NCBI GenBank assembly: GCA_977016875.1
Contig: CDRNST010000036.1
Coordinates: forward strand, 5,890,001-5,954,000
From: Pavona decussata
Lineage: Eukaryota
Reading direction: 5' to 3'
Length of the DNA stretch: 64,000 nt
The position numbers and the translations under genes are program-made. The notes beneath the pieces are model-generated. The model worked only from the letters and a program-made list of their open reading frames with translations, was not told where the DNA came from and ran no database searches. Shown here piece by piece: positions 47,621-59,567 of this stretch. Each line of letters opens with the position of its first letter. Position 1 is the stretch's first letter.

Positions 47621-49879
47621 ACTAACGGGCCCTTATACATTCGACACCAGATCATTTCAGCGAAAGAATAAAATTTGGTAACAAGGTTAGCTGAAAAAAA
47701 AAAAGATAAAAACAGCAACAACAAAAAAGGTAATCTGCTATTTCGCATCTCATTGTTCCATTTCTAACAAACTGCCAGTTCAAGCAAACACTTTATAGAC
47801 AAGCACAAGTAGTCGCGATCCTAAATTTACTTAGTTTACATTAATTTGGTATTCAGTATTCTGTGGTTACGAAGCTCTGACTGACTAACCCTTAACAACA
47901 ACTTTATTTTGATAGTAAACAGGTGTCTTTTATAGTGAAAGGCCTAATCATCGGTGTAAAGCGAAGTGCGTCTTTATACATGCCGGTTTCTTCGTCGGGG
48001 AGCTCTCCAGGATGCTAATTGCAAATTAGTTTTTCTTCGCCTCGATAAATCACCTTAAGTTTTTAATATTTTATGAATATGGCTTTAAACATCTCCTACA
48101 CACGCAATTCATTCAAACTATTTTTACCGCTGAGGGATTGGTTTATCATGGCTCTGGGGTGAGGGTTTTCATTTAAGGGGAGGCGCTTAGGGATCCAGGG
48201 AGGGCTGAAAAACGACGAAAAGTGCTGGGTTATCTTGACTGTTTTATCATCAATTTCAACTACGCTAGCAGCGATCTGTCACCGTAAGATAAACTCAGCA
48301 TGCTCTAAAGCAGAAATTACGATGTTAGGTACGTAACTAGTGGCGAAGGGAGATTATATCAATTTGTATCTCTGAATCAATCATTTCGTTTTAAACCTTA
48401 TCAGTTTTTTTGCAGTCCTGGAGTCAGACCGACATGACAACTATATCAGATCCCTTAGTTTTCAAAACTCACGGATACGATCGAAGAGAACGCTCACTCC
48501 TTTGCTTGTTTTTACTTTGTAGTTTCATAAACTACAAAAAATGTTTTTTCTTTAAATTAATCTTGACTAGCCCGCGAATATTAGATCGTGGTCGTGAATT
48601 GCACACAGAAATGTTTGTTTTCCTCCTAACGACGGGAAATTACTTTTTGGCGCAGCCAGATACCAATGAGGAATCAGCTGCAGATTCAAATTCAGATAAA
48701 ATTTAAAGGACACGCAAGAGATCATTGTGCAATAAAAGCGCTATTTACTTTGTTTTGTCTTAAATCAAGGTATATTTTAGCATTTTAGAGACCTATAAAT
48801 CCATAGGCTTTGTAAAAATTCATGTTTGATGTCGCGAAACGCTTGCATGATAGGCGAAGTTTTGAAAATGTCGCTCTAGATATTGCTACCATAGGTAAGC
48901 CCGGTGGGGCTCAGAAACCTGACTGTTTTAATATCAGACTAAGTTTTAAATACCGTGAGTACGAGAAGGTTTAAAGATAATATTTAAATAGATCTTGAAG
49001 TGGCAATGAATAACGTTCCCAAACTAAAAAAAAGTATTGTTACGAATTCTATCCGAGAGAGCACACGATTAAAAGCTGAGGTAGGTAATTAACTGTTTAT
49101 GAATTAAGTTTTAGAGTTGCATTAAACATGTTCATAAGGGAAAATTTTAAAAACCTTTCAAATTACATTTCATTTCGAGTCAAACAGCAAGCCTTTTTAT
49201 TTCTCTACTACATCGTTATTAATATATTTCTTAAATGCACGTATTTAAAACTCATTACAAAAATATTATCCATTAAAGCAGAGAAAGCGAAAAAAATACA
49301 CAAAACAACTATTTTTTTTTATTTTACACCGTTTATATTATTTTGTAGTAATTTTCTTTATCTTTATGGCCCTTTTCATTTCTTTAAATAAAAGAAAAAA
49401 GAAAAAGCTGGTCACTGATTATCAGAAAAGAAGAAAAGGGGGAACATCTTTGTTTAGGTTCCTCCCGATTTTGTAAATTCTTTCCTTGCTTGACTTGACT
49501 TCTGTCGACATTATTTAAACAAATGTGGAAAAGACTTGGTGAAATGAAGGGAGTACAGTACAATTACGAAGAAAAAAACTCTATAAATGGTAACGGAAAA
49601 TCATTTCCCAGTTCACGTTTATTATTATCCCAGGGTATTTTAAATTTCTTAGTAAATTAGTTTCACGATATAAATTTTAGCGATATTCTGTTTTTTTTTT
49701 TTTTTTTTAACAAAGTTGTATTACTGGTAGATGGGCATATTTACAAAGATATTTTTTTATTATTAAAATCACGCAGTGGTAATACCACTACATCATATAC
49801 ACAATGCGTTTTAGATTGCTTTCGTTTCAAAACGTATATTTTTATACTTTTCTTTTGTATACTTTTCCCAAAGAAATTG

Positions 49880-50005
49880 TGACCTTGTTGTGGTTGGGAG
49901 ACTTGTGTGTGTCTGTGACCTGGAGAGTTTATCAGGCATGAGTAGAGCTCCTGGTAGGGTCACCCATGTCGATTTTAGTCAAAAATACTCAAACATTAGA
50001 CAAAG
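49880..50005 (+). mobile_element. RTE-clade LINE 5'-UTR-like relic
   Basis: ACCTTGTTGTGG...CTTGTGTGT...GAGAG..TAT...CTCCTGGTAGGGTCACCCATG resembles the conserved 5' region of RTE/Expander/BovB-type elements (recalled similarity). Confidence 0.55.
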
Positions 50006-50825
50006 AATCCATTTTTTAACGCGAAATCGCTCTTAGAGCGCCAGGAGGAAAATATGAAATGATTTCTCCGAGGAAGAATAACTATAATCAGTTTTTAGCG
50101 ATTTCACAAAGTACGCAGGAGGAACTTGAAAAAAATTACGAATTTTTTTCCATTTGCTACCGTTTCCATCCTAGCCATCCTCAGCAAAAGGTGAGTGATG
50201 CAAGTTTCTGTACACTAGTAGGGTTTACTTATGGTTTGCAAAATTGAACAATTAGTTCAACGTTTCCATGGATACAATCATGTTTATAGCTATTCAAAGT
50301 GATACTAAAATAGGTGGCACTGCCCCTTTCAGATGAAAACGTTAGGAACAATACAGGGTACCAGGTATGTGTTTCTTGATGGCCCTGATAACTTTTCCGG
50401 ACCCAACGAGTATTTTTTTTTTCAAATCCGTTTTGTTTTAGTCGATTTGTAGTGCAACGTACCCAATGTGCAATGCGCTATAAAATAAAAAAAAAATATA
50501 TTTTAAGTATAAGCTTGGAAAACGAAAACATATTGAATGTCTGTTGCAAAATATGGTGTACGTAAATAAGTGATGGAAATTAAATATAAAAGCGTTATTA
50601 TAAAAACTAAAATGCACTTATAAATGCTAGTTATCCTGAGACGATAATACAGCAGATAAGAACTATAATAAAACAGGATATTTCATCCCATGGCAACATC
50701 TCGATTAAGTATAAATAATATACATGTTCACCTTTATCAGCAACTCGGTTAAAAATATGTTCAGATAATTACCAGAGTCCATTAGGTTATCGGGTTTAAA
50801 TAACTTGAAATGTTCCATACCTACC

Positions 50826-51290
50826 TTAATTAAAGGCAGTAATAATTGTTGACTGTCGCACGTGTAATGCTAACTGGTTCCAATATTTGATAACTCTGTT
50901 ATTATAGAAATTATGTGCAGATCTTGGAGGATGATGAGATGACTTTAAGCTAACATTATGAGTTTGATAAAATGTATCATTCCTAAACGTTTTGTGGCCG
51001 TAGCTCACAAAGACGTTGAGATTTTGAAAGTTTCGATAAGTCACCGCGCATTCTGCGTTTAGAGACACTAGCCTTTGACGATAAGAAAGTAAGCCCATGT
51101 ATATATGCCTTTAATTATTCTAGAAAAGTGTCCTTGGCAGTCCTCGATGTCCATTATAATACCCCAGTTTCCATCATGTCTTGCCGTTGGGGCCCATACC
51201 TGCACTACATATTCCAGATGGGGTCTAACAAATGCTTTATTAACTGGTACAAGCACTATATACTCCATTCCTAATGATCCATGATGTTGT
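50826..51290 (-). pseudogene. Decayed 3' end of a CR1-type LINE ORF2
   Basis: KAFVRPHLEYVVQVWAP and HNFYNNRVIKYWNQL occur in two frames and are typical CR1 C-terminal motifs. Confidence 0.75.
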
Positions 51291-52844
51291 TTGGTTTTCT
51301 TTTCCAATCATTCACTCCTCTTTTGTGGAAAAGACTCTCATCCGACTTATTGACCTGCGGATAGAAATCAACAAAGCACTTTAAGTATGGCATATAAATT
51401 ATTTTTTTGCTTGCATGCATTTTGTCAACAGTGATCAAAGCAAGTACGATGTGCGTTAAGAGTATATAATTCTGTGCAAATATTTGACGTCAAACCAGTC
51501 GAACTAATTCATTTTGTTATGAACAACCAAGGGTCGAGATCCTTTTTTGTTTTCTTTCTTTAACGGTCGGAAAGCTCCTCATGTCATGTTTTCATATGAT
51601 GCCCGTCATCTTGGGTTTTTTATTTCTATTCCACCGTTCGCGTCCTTCTTCGCGCAAACATTATATCTCTGAAATCGTACTGAACAACCACTAAAGGCCA
51701 CAATACTGAGCTCCCATTACAGCTACATCTCTGGAGAAAGGCCTTCAGAGTGCATTCTGAGGTCTGATGGTGGCCAGTGGAGAGGGGCTTAACTGAAAAT
51801 TATTGCGAGACATTTATAGCACTTTTTGTTGTTTGTTATCAATATTTTAAGAATAATTGCCATGGTCCATTCTTACGGTGTATGTTTGTCGGCTCGTAAA
51901 ACATGTAGATGAATTTAAACCTTCTTATGACGTATTTGACATCAGATATTTTAACGCTTTCTAGCGCTTTCCAGCAAACGATCTTTCACAATTATAAATC
52001 CATACAACTTTATATATGATTTCCGAATATCAATCGCAGGGTTTATATAGCTCCGATCTTATTTTGGTTGACTCCGAGACGATCTTCGCAAGGACCAGTC
52101 TCTAGTGCCACAGTGTATTGACTTTGTTTTGCAAAATTAATTGTTGATCATCAGATTATGAATAACTAATATACAAGTTTCCTTTTCAGAAAAAAAAATT
52201 TGGTCGTTAAATAACGAGAACTGGAGGTAAATAATTTGAGTTTAACCACATTTCCGAAAAGGAAGGCTAGCTTTTGGAACTCTTGGCGCAGGTGCAAGTA
52301 TGTCGGCGAGAAAATTGAATTGTTTTGTTCCACAATGAAAGAAATATTCAGCTCTAAATGGTTTATTACCTTCAAAGACTAGCAATCCAAGATAGGGAGG
52401 TATAAATCTCTCCGCCTATTGATATCATTTAATTTTTTTCTCAAACTTTGTGCCGACTGCTCACGTTTATTTTTAAAAACGAAACAATATTGCTAATCTA
52501 TAATGTATACAAACTAAAAAAGCTTTTGTTAAAGGCTCTTAAAAAGAGCTTAGAAAAGGAAATTAATTCTATTTCTTTACGTTTACAAATTTTACATGGC
52601 ATATCCTTAAAATTGAATATAAACAGTATTATGTATTGGTTCTGAATTTCGATAACTCAAAATTTTTGGTTGGAAGATAAAACTTTTAGAGTGCATTAAA
52701 GACAATTTTAAGAATTATCTTTTATGCAATACTAATATCAATGTTTTTTCTGTTACCAGCTGCAAAGTTTAGCTATTACGAAAAAAACACTAATTTAAGT
52801 ATGGGATTACTTCTCCTAGTTACAGTAATACGTTTATCTTAGTC

Positions 52845-53158
52845 CTACAATTCCAATCGTTGTGGCAACACAAGAATGGTCTACCGCGGGAAAAAAATGT
52901 TGCAAACAAGATATGATGATTAATTGTCTCAAAGTGCTTCAAAACAACTTGTTTAGTGGTTCGAAGTGAAATGTTTATAACAAAAGAAAACTGAAAACTG
53001 CTACACTTCCAATCAGTCGTGGCAGCAAAATAGTGGCCTGTCATGGGGAAAAATTTTGCAAACAATATATGATGATTAATTGTCTCAAAGTGCTTCAAAA
53101 CAACTTGTTTGGTGGTTCGAAGTAAAATGTTTATAACAAAAGAAAACTGAAAATTGCT
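52845..53158. repeat. Two-unit tandem repeat, ~157-bp period
   Basis: TTCCAATC...TGCAAACAA.ATATGATGATTAATTGTCTCAAAGTGCTTCAAAACAACTTG...AAAAGAAAACTGAAAA occurs twice. Confidence 0.9.
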
Positions 53159-56100
53159 GGCAAATTAACAAATTCATGTGGGAGACTTACCTTGGCCACT
53201 CTTTATAATCATGATAATGGTTTTTCAATGCCTTTGAAAGTTATCTCACCGACCTCAGCGTGTGGTCAAATTGAAACTATTGTTTTGTGCAGTTTGCTTA
53301 GCATTTGAACGACAAGGGAGGAAAGCAGAGATTAAAATATCCACTTAACAATCCTTGTCAAAGAGAAAGAGAACAACTTAAAGCTTAGCAGTTTCCAGTT
53401 TCGCAGCATTCGTTTACAAGAAGTCTGACCTAGTGCTGTGAATGGTAACTCAGTCAAAGTGCTTTCCGCTGCTGGTTTGTGTTTCATTCAAGCAGGTTTG
53501 AAAGTGGTCCAGAATTTTCTTCTTACACGCGAAATGCTTCTTTGAGTTAGGCTACTGGAAGTTTTGTAGTGTACCCTCTAAGTTTTCAGCTGACCAGTTT
53601 AAGGTAATGTATGGTTGTTGAATGATGGCAGGTGAATTCTTCGATCAGGGTAGATTTTGCTTTGTTGGTATTATTCTGAGTATCTTTGCAAAAGAGAGGT
53701 GAATATATGTACATAGATAAATTTTCTCAAAAAGTAAAATTGTTGGGATTTTAGATTCAGGGAATAATTTTCACACATTTACATACCATGCAAATTGAAT
53801 GAATTGAGTATTAATTTATCTAATATTTTGAACTCGAAGTTAAATTTCGTTATCTGAAAACCTACAAATTAGACCCCCCACCCCCTTCCCCATTTGTGAC
53901 TTCGAGGGAGTCCTCAAACGCTGTTTCGAAAAAGTTCAGTGGAAAGTAATTTTTGGCATCCTTACAGCCAACCGGTGACACAAAATGCGCGAGTTTCGGG
54001 ACCCGGATCTAAGCAAATTAACATTTATGGACCATCGGCGAATTAGGGTTTTAAATTTTGCAAATTGACATTCCTCATTTCACAACCGAAACATCATCAT
54101 TCGTTTTTGCTCAAAACAGCGCGCATTTTACTGATCTTCCAAAAAAATCGAATTTTTCATTTTATCAGTTGCACCTGTCAAAGTCACGACGAAAAGAGCA
54201 TATAGTTTGGCCGCAATAAGACCCAACTTTAAATTTAAAGGGCGATCAGGATCTAACTTCCTCTTAACGTATCGATACAAAGGTAATTATAAGCTGTAAT
54301 GTGACGAGAAAAGAGAAATTAATCGCTGGGGTTATTCTCTCAGCATTTTAAGACTAGATGTAAAACAGCGACAAATTAAGGAAAGCGAAAATGAGCTTAC
54401 ATTTTTTGTAATGTAGGACCGGAAACAGTTAAAGCCGACTTGAGTAAATTTACAACAGCAATCTTTATTACCTTTTTCTAAAAAACAAATATTCACAAAC
54501 GTAATGAAAAGGATAAGGGGAACTGGTAAAAGTTACTCAGAATAACTAAAGAGCTAATCTAGCTGAGTAGAAAAAAAAAAAGAATATTTAGACTGTAAAG
54601 TTAACTTAAGCATGTTTCTGCTAAAGCCCAAAGAAAACGATCGGCGAGCGATGAAAGAACCAACGATAAAGTCAACTCAATATAGCGCTGACACTCGAGT
54701 GCAGCTCGGTTACTCTTGAAAATCCCGTTAACTTGCCGGACTCGCAAACTATTTTGTCGTTGTCCAGTGCTCTGCAATAAGTGCCAGTTCAGTCTTGATT
54801 TTGAAATCTAATTTTTAAGGTGTTATTATTTTAGGTAACGAATTGACCAGGTTACTCTAAAACTTGGCAGCAATGGATGAAAAAAAAACAAATTAGACAA
54901 AATACTTTTCAAATGGGCACGGTAAGTTCTTGCTTTCGATAAACGGGCCGCGGGAACCGAACCTGGCATATACAGTGAGCGACGCAGCGACTCCAACTGC
55001 GCAGGTCAGTACATTTTGCGATAAATTCTTTTACGGAACGAAACCAACCTAGACATAGGCATTAACTGAATAATCAAACAGCTACCAAACTCTTGCTTTT
55101 TGTCTCATTCAAAAGTATTATATTACCCGAAAATGTGCAATTTTGAAGAACTGAAAAGGAAACAATAACACGTATCCTCCCTCGATTGTGTGTTTAATCA
55201 ATTTATTTTTTACTCCATGAAAATGAGCGTGGCAAGCTGAGCAAACCAATAAAATTAGTTCTTTTTGAGTGTCTGGAAGTTTCTAAGAACTGTAAATACA
55301 GGTTCAATGTGGGAATGGGGGTAATTACTATTTTGCGCGATGATTTTCTCTGGTTAAGCTGTCTTGTGGTAAATAAATACTCTCAAAACATTTTAGGCAG
55401 AAAAACAATGGTCGTCTCAGTTATGAATTAAAAGGTTTTCAGTTCCACCCTGACTGACGTGAACTGATTAAACACGCCATTGAAAGTAACAAAAGAAAAC
55501 AATTGCAAGTGGGGCGTATAATATACAAATTTGTAACAAAATGTTGCGCTAACGGAATATACAAATTGAGGAACTGTATAATCGGCGAGATAATAATTGT
55601 ATCTGTCGTCGCTAACTTGTTAATTAATAAGCTAAAATATTTTATTGTTCTTGAATTAATGTGGATGAAAATCGCTAGGAATTAGAAGGGACAGAAAATC
55701 ATTATAATATTTTCCCATGTTGCCTGATGTTGTACGTTCGTATGTGATTGTCATTTTGCACATATGATGGTCATCGAATATTATAGGTAGTTGCAATCTG
55801 AATCCGCATATATTTGCAGTTTAAAATGAGAAACCTGCGATTGATGTTAAATTATCATTTACAAGCTAAGCTTCATACGAAAAATTGCTTGTCTGAAACT
55901 CTGCGACAGGAAAGCAGCTTTAAAAGAATATAAAAAATATGGACTACTTCGCTGAAACGTCTTCGAGTCGTTTTAATTCCTCTTCCAGTGTGCATAGTTA
56001 TCGACTTATTGAAAACAAGGATTTGCCTTGGAAACCGAATGAAACAAAATTCCTAAAGTAGAGGTTTTTCATGCGCCACCAGAAGCCATATTTTTTTATC

Positions 56101-56544
56101 TGCTTGTTCGAAAAATCTTCTATTTTCCCTTGTCAGTGTTCACCTACAAATCGTTCTTCCAGCCTGGCTGGGGTCGTCCTTCAGTTGTCAACCTCGAGAT
56201 TGGCCTTGGCCGGGCACCTGTCAGGGACTAATTCAAGGTACAATTACTAGCAGCGCACAAAGCACATTGTTGACATCCCGAAATTGTATATTAATGACAC
56301 AAAACAATTCATTAACAATTTATGATCTGTGGTTTTTTCCTTCCAGATTTTGAGAGGAAGTTAAAAACAACCGAAGTTTTCGGTGGTTTTTCTTTAAAAA
56401 TGTTAGCCATAAACTACAATTTGAATCAGATAGACGCAAGCAGCTATTTTCACATATAAAAGAGAGATTTACATTAATTTCCCGTAACATCACATACATG
56501 AATCATACAGTTTCTTCCAGGATAGTCACCAGGCGCCTCATGGA

Positions 56545-57255
56545 AAGCACGTGGCGACGAGATTTGTTATTCAGTAATAGGTGTTTACCGAAATATTTTC
56601 CAAATGGTTAGTGACGTCATGAGCGTCACACAGACAAATTGCACGCAACGTTTAACACACGCGTTGGCGGGAAAATAGGATACTTTTCTTTGTGGAATTA
56701 GTCAGTGATATTGAATGAAATATTTAATTTCGACGCAGTCACTTACAGTAAGAAAAACGGAAAAACAAAATCACGACTCAGAATGTTTATTCTAACGCAC
56801 AAAACAACTGCGAAAATACGCAGAGGTGATATTGTACGGTTATTGATTACTGCAAAGTAAGCTGGTTTAACTGAAGTAGCTGCGCATACATTTATTTTAC
56901 AAGAGAACTTCAACTTCTTGTTGTTGATAATAGATACAAACATTTACCTTCTGCAACAAGTTTTGGAGACAGGGAGTACAACTTTATCTACTGTATCAAG
57001 AATACCACGCTTCTAATGAATGGTTCATGCATAAATAAATAATTAAGAATACTTCTGTCACAGCAATTTGTCACATGAGACGAGATTGTCATGCTCTTCC
57101 CACCAGTTATGCTTTGATGCTTTTATATAAATGATCACCTTCATTCACACGATGTACTATTTATTGTGGGAGTGCAGGACAAACATCACACTTCGTGAAA
57201 TAGGACACGTCTATTCTTTCGTGTGCCTGGTCGATTGAGTTACAGCGACAAAGGT
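56545..57255 (+). promoter_or_regulatory. Putative promoter and first non-coding exon of the BH3-motif gene
   Basis: CACGTG 56548, TGTTTAC 56582, TGACGTCA 56612, TTGGCGGGAAAA 56664, TATATAAA 57124, donor AAG|GTAACT at 57253/57254. Confidence 0.45.
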
Positions 57256-58493
57256 AACTATAACTCAAGAATTCACGCACCTCGAGCTCCTGTTACAGAA
57301 GGGTTCAATGATGTGAATAAGCACTGCTACATATCCTACACCTATAGGTAGTGTAAATACCCCGTCCTTGTGTGAGACAAATATTTGTATTGACTCGGCC
57401 GTTAAATAGAATTTTGTAATATTTCGCTGATTACCAGGTTAAGTTCACTTGGTTTTGGAAAGAAAGAAAGCTAACTTTTATATTTTATCTCTACATCGAT
57501 AACGCAGACATAAGGCTTCCGTCACACTCTGTCGTCTGATTTCAATATAAATGGTTGTGCAACAGCACATTTTAAAAGATACTAAAACTTGTTATATTTT
57601 CCTTTTTTTCTGAAACATAAAGGCGAAGAAACAATTCCTATTGCTTTAGCCAGTATTTTCGGTAAAGTTAGACAAGAGGTTTTGAAACGCGGCATAATCA
57701 GATTATATACAATGTACATATTGAAACTGAATGCAAATCTCACTCAAAGAAAAAGGTCCAGATTTATTTAAGATCATATGAACGGAAAATAATACTCTTT
57801 CCCACAAATTAAATTATAGTAGTCCAAACCTCAAATCTGTAGATGATGGGTTTTGCTAAAGTAAGTTTGCCTCGGATTGAGCCGGGTCATCCCATTACAT
57901 AAATCAGTTCTTCCTCGAGCAAACGCCCTGGGCGCATATTTAAATTTCCTATTATTTAGTTGTTACGTCGTTTTTATTTTTAATTTTTGCATCAGTAAAC
58001 TGACTTTAGGTTTGGAATATTAACCTATTATTCATTGCAGTAAATCCAGAGAGTCATTTCTATCGCCTTTCACAGCCGTGCACTATTTTGAATTTTATTT
58101 ATTGGTGCGCGAGAGAGAAATATGGCAGTTATCAGCGGGTCAATAGTAAGGCAAATTTGACAGGATAGTTCTGAAAAATGATACGAAAAATCATATTTTG
58201 TGGTCACGGATAACTGGTTAGATTGAGCCGCAGATTCAAGAAATTTGATATAGTTTGCAAAAGGCAAAAGATCAATGTTCATAATTGAAGTGTCAAGCTC
58301 ACTTAAACAGATAACCAATGAAAACTACCTAAGCTTTTCAATTATAGTTTCAGTTAACATATTAAATAGTTCACTAACTGAAGCCTTTTGTAATGCGTTC
58401 TCGTCGGGTTTTTTTCTTTCAGAGTTTCTCTACATCAGCAAGTCGACTAGACCTTTGCATATAAGTCTCATCTGGAATCGTTACACTGAAATT

Positions 58494-58760
58494 ATGATCA
58501 TACAAGAACATCTCTGTAGAGAAAGAAACGACTTTGGTGCAAATCCTGAACTAAATGAGCAAACCCGGTCACTATGCCGGCAGGTTGGAAAAGAGTTACG
58601 CGGCCTTGGGGACGCCCTTGAGGACCAGTATTTTCGTCCACTTCAAGGTGCCCGGCGCAATCGTAGAAGAATTGGAATTGATATTGGAAGAAACGTGACA
58701 GAAATTACCAGATTTATTTTACTCCGGTGTGTGAGGGAACTTCTTGGTCTCAATAATTGA
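58494..58760 (+). CDS. Candidate BH3-only Bcl-2-family protein (88 aa)
   Basis: VGKELRGLGDALEDQY (58584-58631) fits the BH3 consensus h-x-x-x-L-x-x-h-G-D-x-h. A basic RRNRRR patch and a C-terminal amphipathic ITRFILLRCVRELL follow. There is a strong acceptor ttttttctttcag| at 58422/58423 and downstream AATAAA sites. Confidence 0.65.
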   Translation: MIIQEHLCRERNDFGANPELNEQTRSLCRQVGKELRGLGDALEDQYFRPLQGARRNRRRIGIDIGRNVTEITRFILLRCVRELLGLNN

Positions 58761-59199
58761 ATTCTAAGCGTATCCGTTTTCCTTCTGAGGCGTCTTTGTG
58801 GCTGTGCCATTTAAAACGATATACCTAGAGATTTTCAGTTATGAGAGAATCATGTATTCACTTTGGGGAGAGGTACATCTTAGAAGTTTAAATCTTAAAA
58901 GGCTGCCGCCACAATCAAGATTACGTGGAGATTTCATGGACCTCTAAATAAAACAGCCAAAGGCTGCAGGAGAAATCCTCACGTTGTACAAATATGCGCA
59001 TGCGTCTACTAACTTTATATTCAGGATCAAAATCACAGTGGGGTCAGTTCGCTACATATAAAGCCGACTTAAAAATGAAGACAAACAGTAACACGCTTCA
59101 AACTCCACGCATGTATACATCCATAGTTGTGCATATATATCGCAAATTCCGTTTTCAGATGTACAGTAAATGCATATTATTTTTAAGACCAACGTACAG

Positions 59200-59567
59200 T
59201 AGAGACGGCCTTTAAATTCTAGTACGAGGACGACTACGAATACGAGGAATTGTCTTCAAGTTTTCAAGCCTAAGAACAGATATATCCTAGGAAGCTTCAT
59301 TTTACTCTTAGTGAGCAACGAACTTGACGAAGTTGTTTTGAATGATGATAGCTAAACCCTTTCGTGATTTCCGACAAAACGAAAGATCAAGATTTCGAGG
59401 ACTTATTTTCGCCACTACGTCGTTCTCGCAAAAACTCGTAGTAAAATCACGACGGCTATCACGTTTTCCCGCCAAAATGACACTTATTCACCCACGTGCC
59501 CGCTCTGTCTATTGGAAACCTCCTAGTTGTACTCGCACTGGTTCTAGAATCTAAACTGAGGTCTCTA
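59200..59567. mobile_element. MITE
   Basis: TAGAGAC...TTTAAATTCTAG versus CTAGAATCTAAA...GTCTCTA imperfect TIRs. Confidence 0.6.

Noticed and set aside
51695-51790. SGERPSEC resembling a C2H2 zinc-finger linker
   Set aside because: There is no flanking Cys/His spacing or supporting exon; likely chance.
58275-58422. N-terminal 49 codons of ORF 58275..58760 as coding
   Set aside because: The segment ends in a polypyrimidine tract and AG acceptor and is AT-rich, so it is most likely intron.
59464-59477. E2F-like site TTTTCCCGCCAAAA near the BH3 gene
   Set aside because: It lies within a MITE downstream of the stop, so it is not informative.
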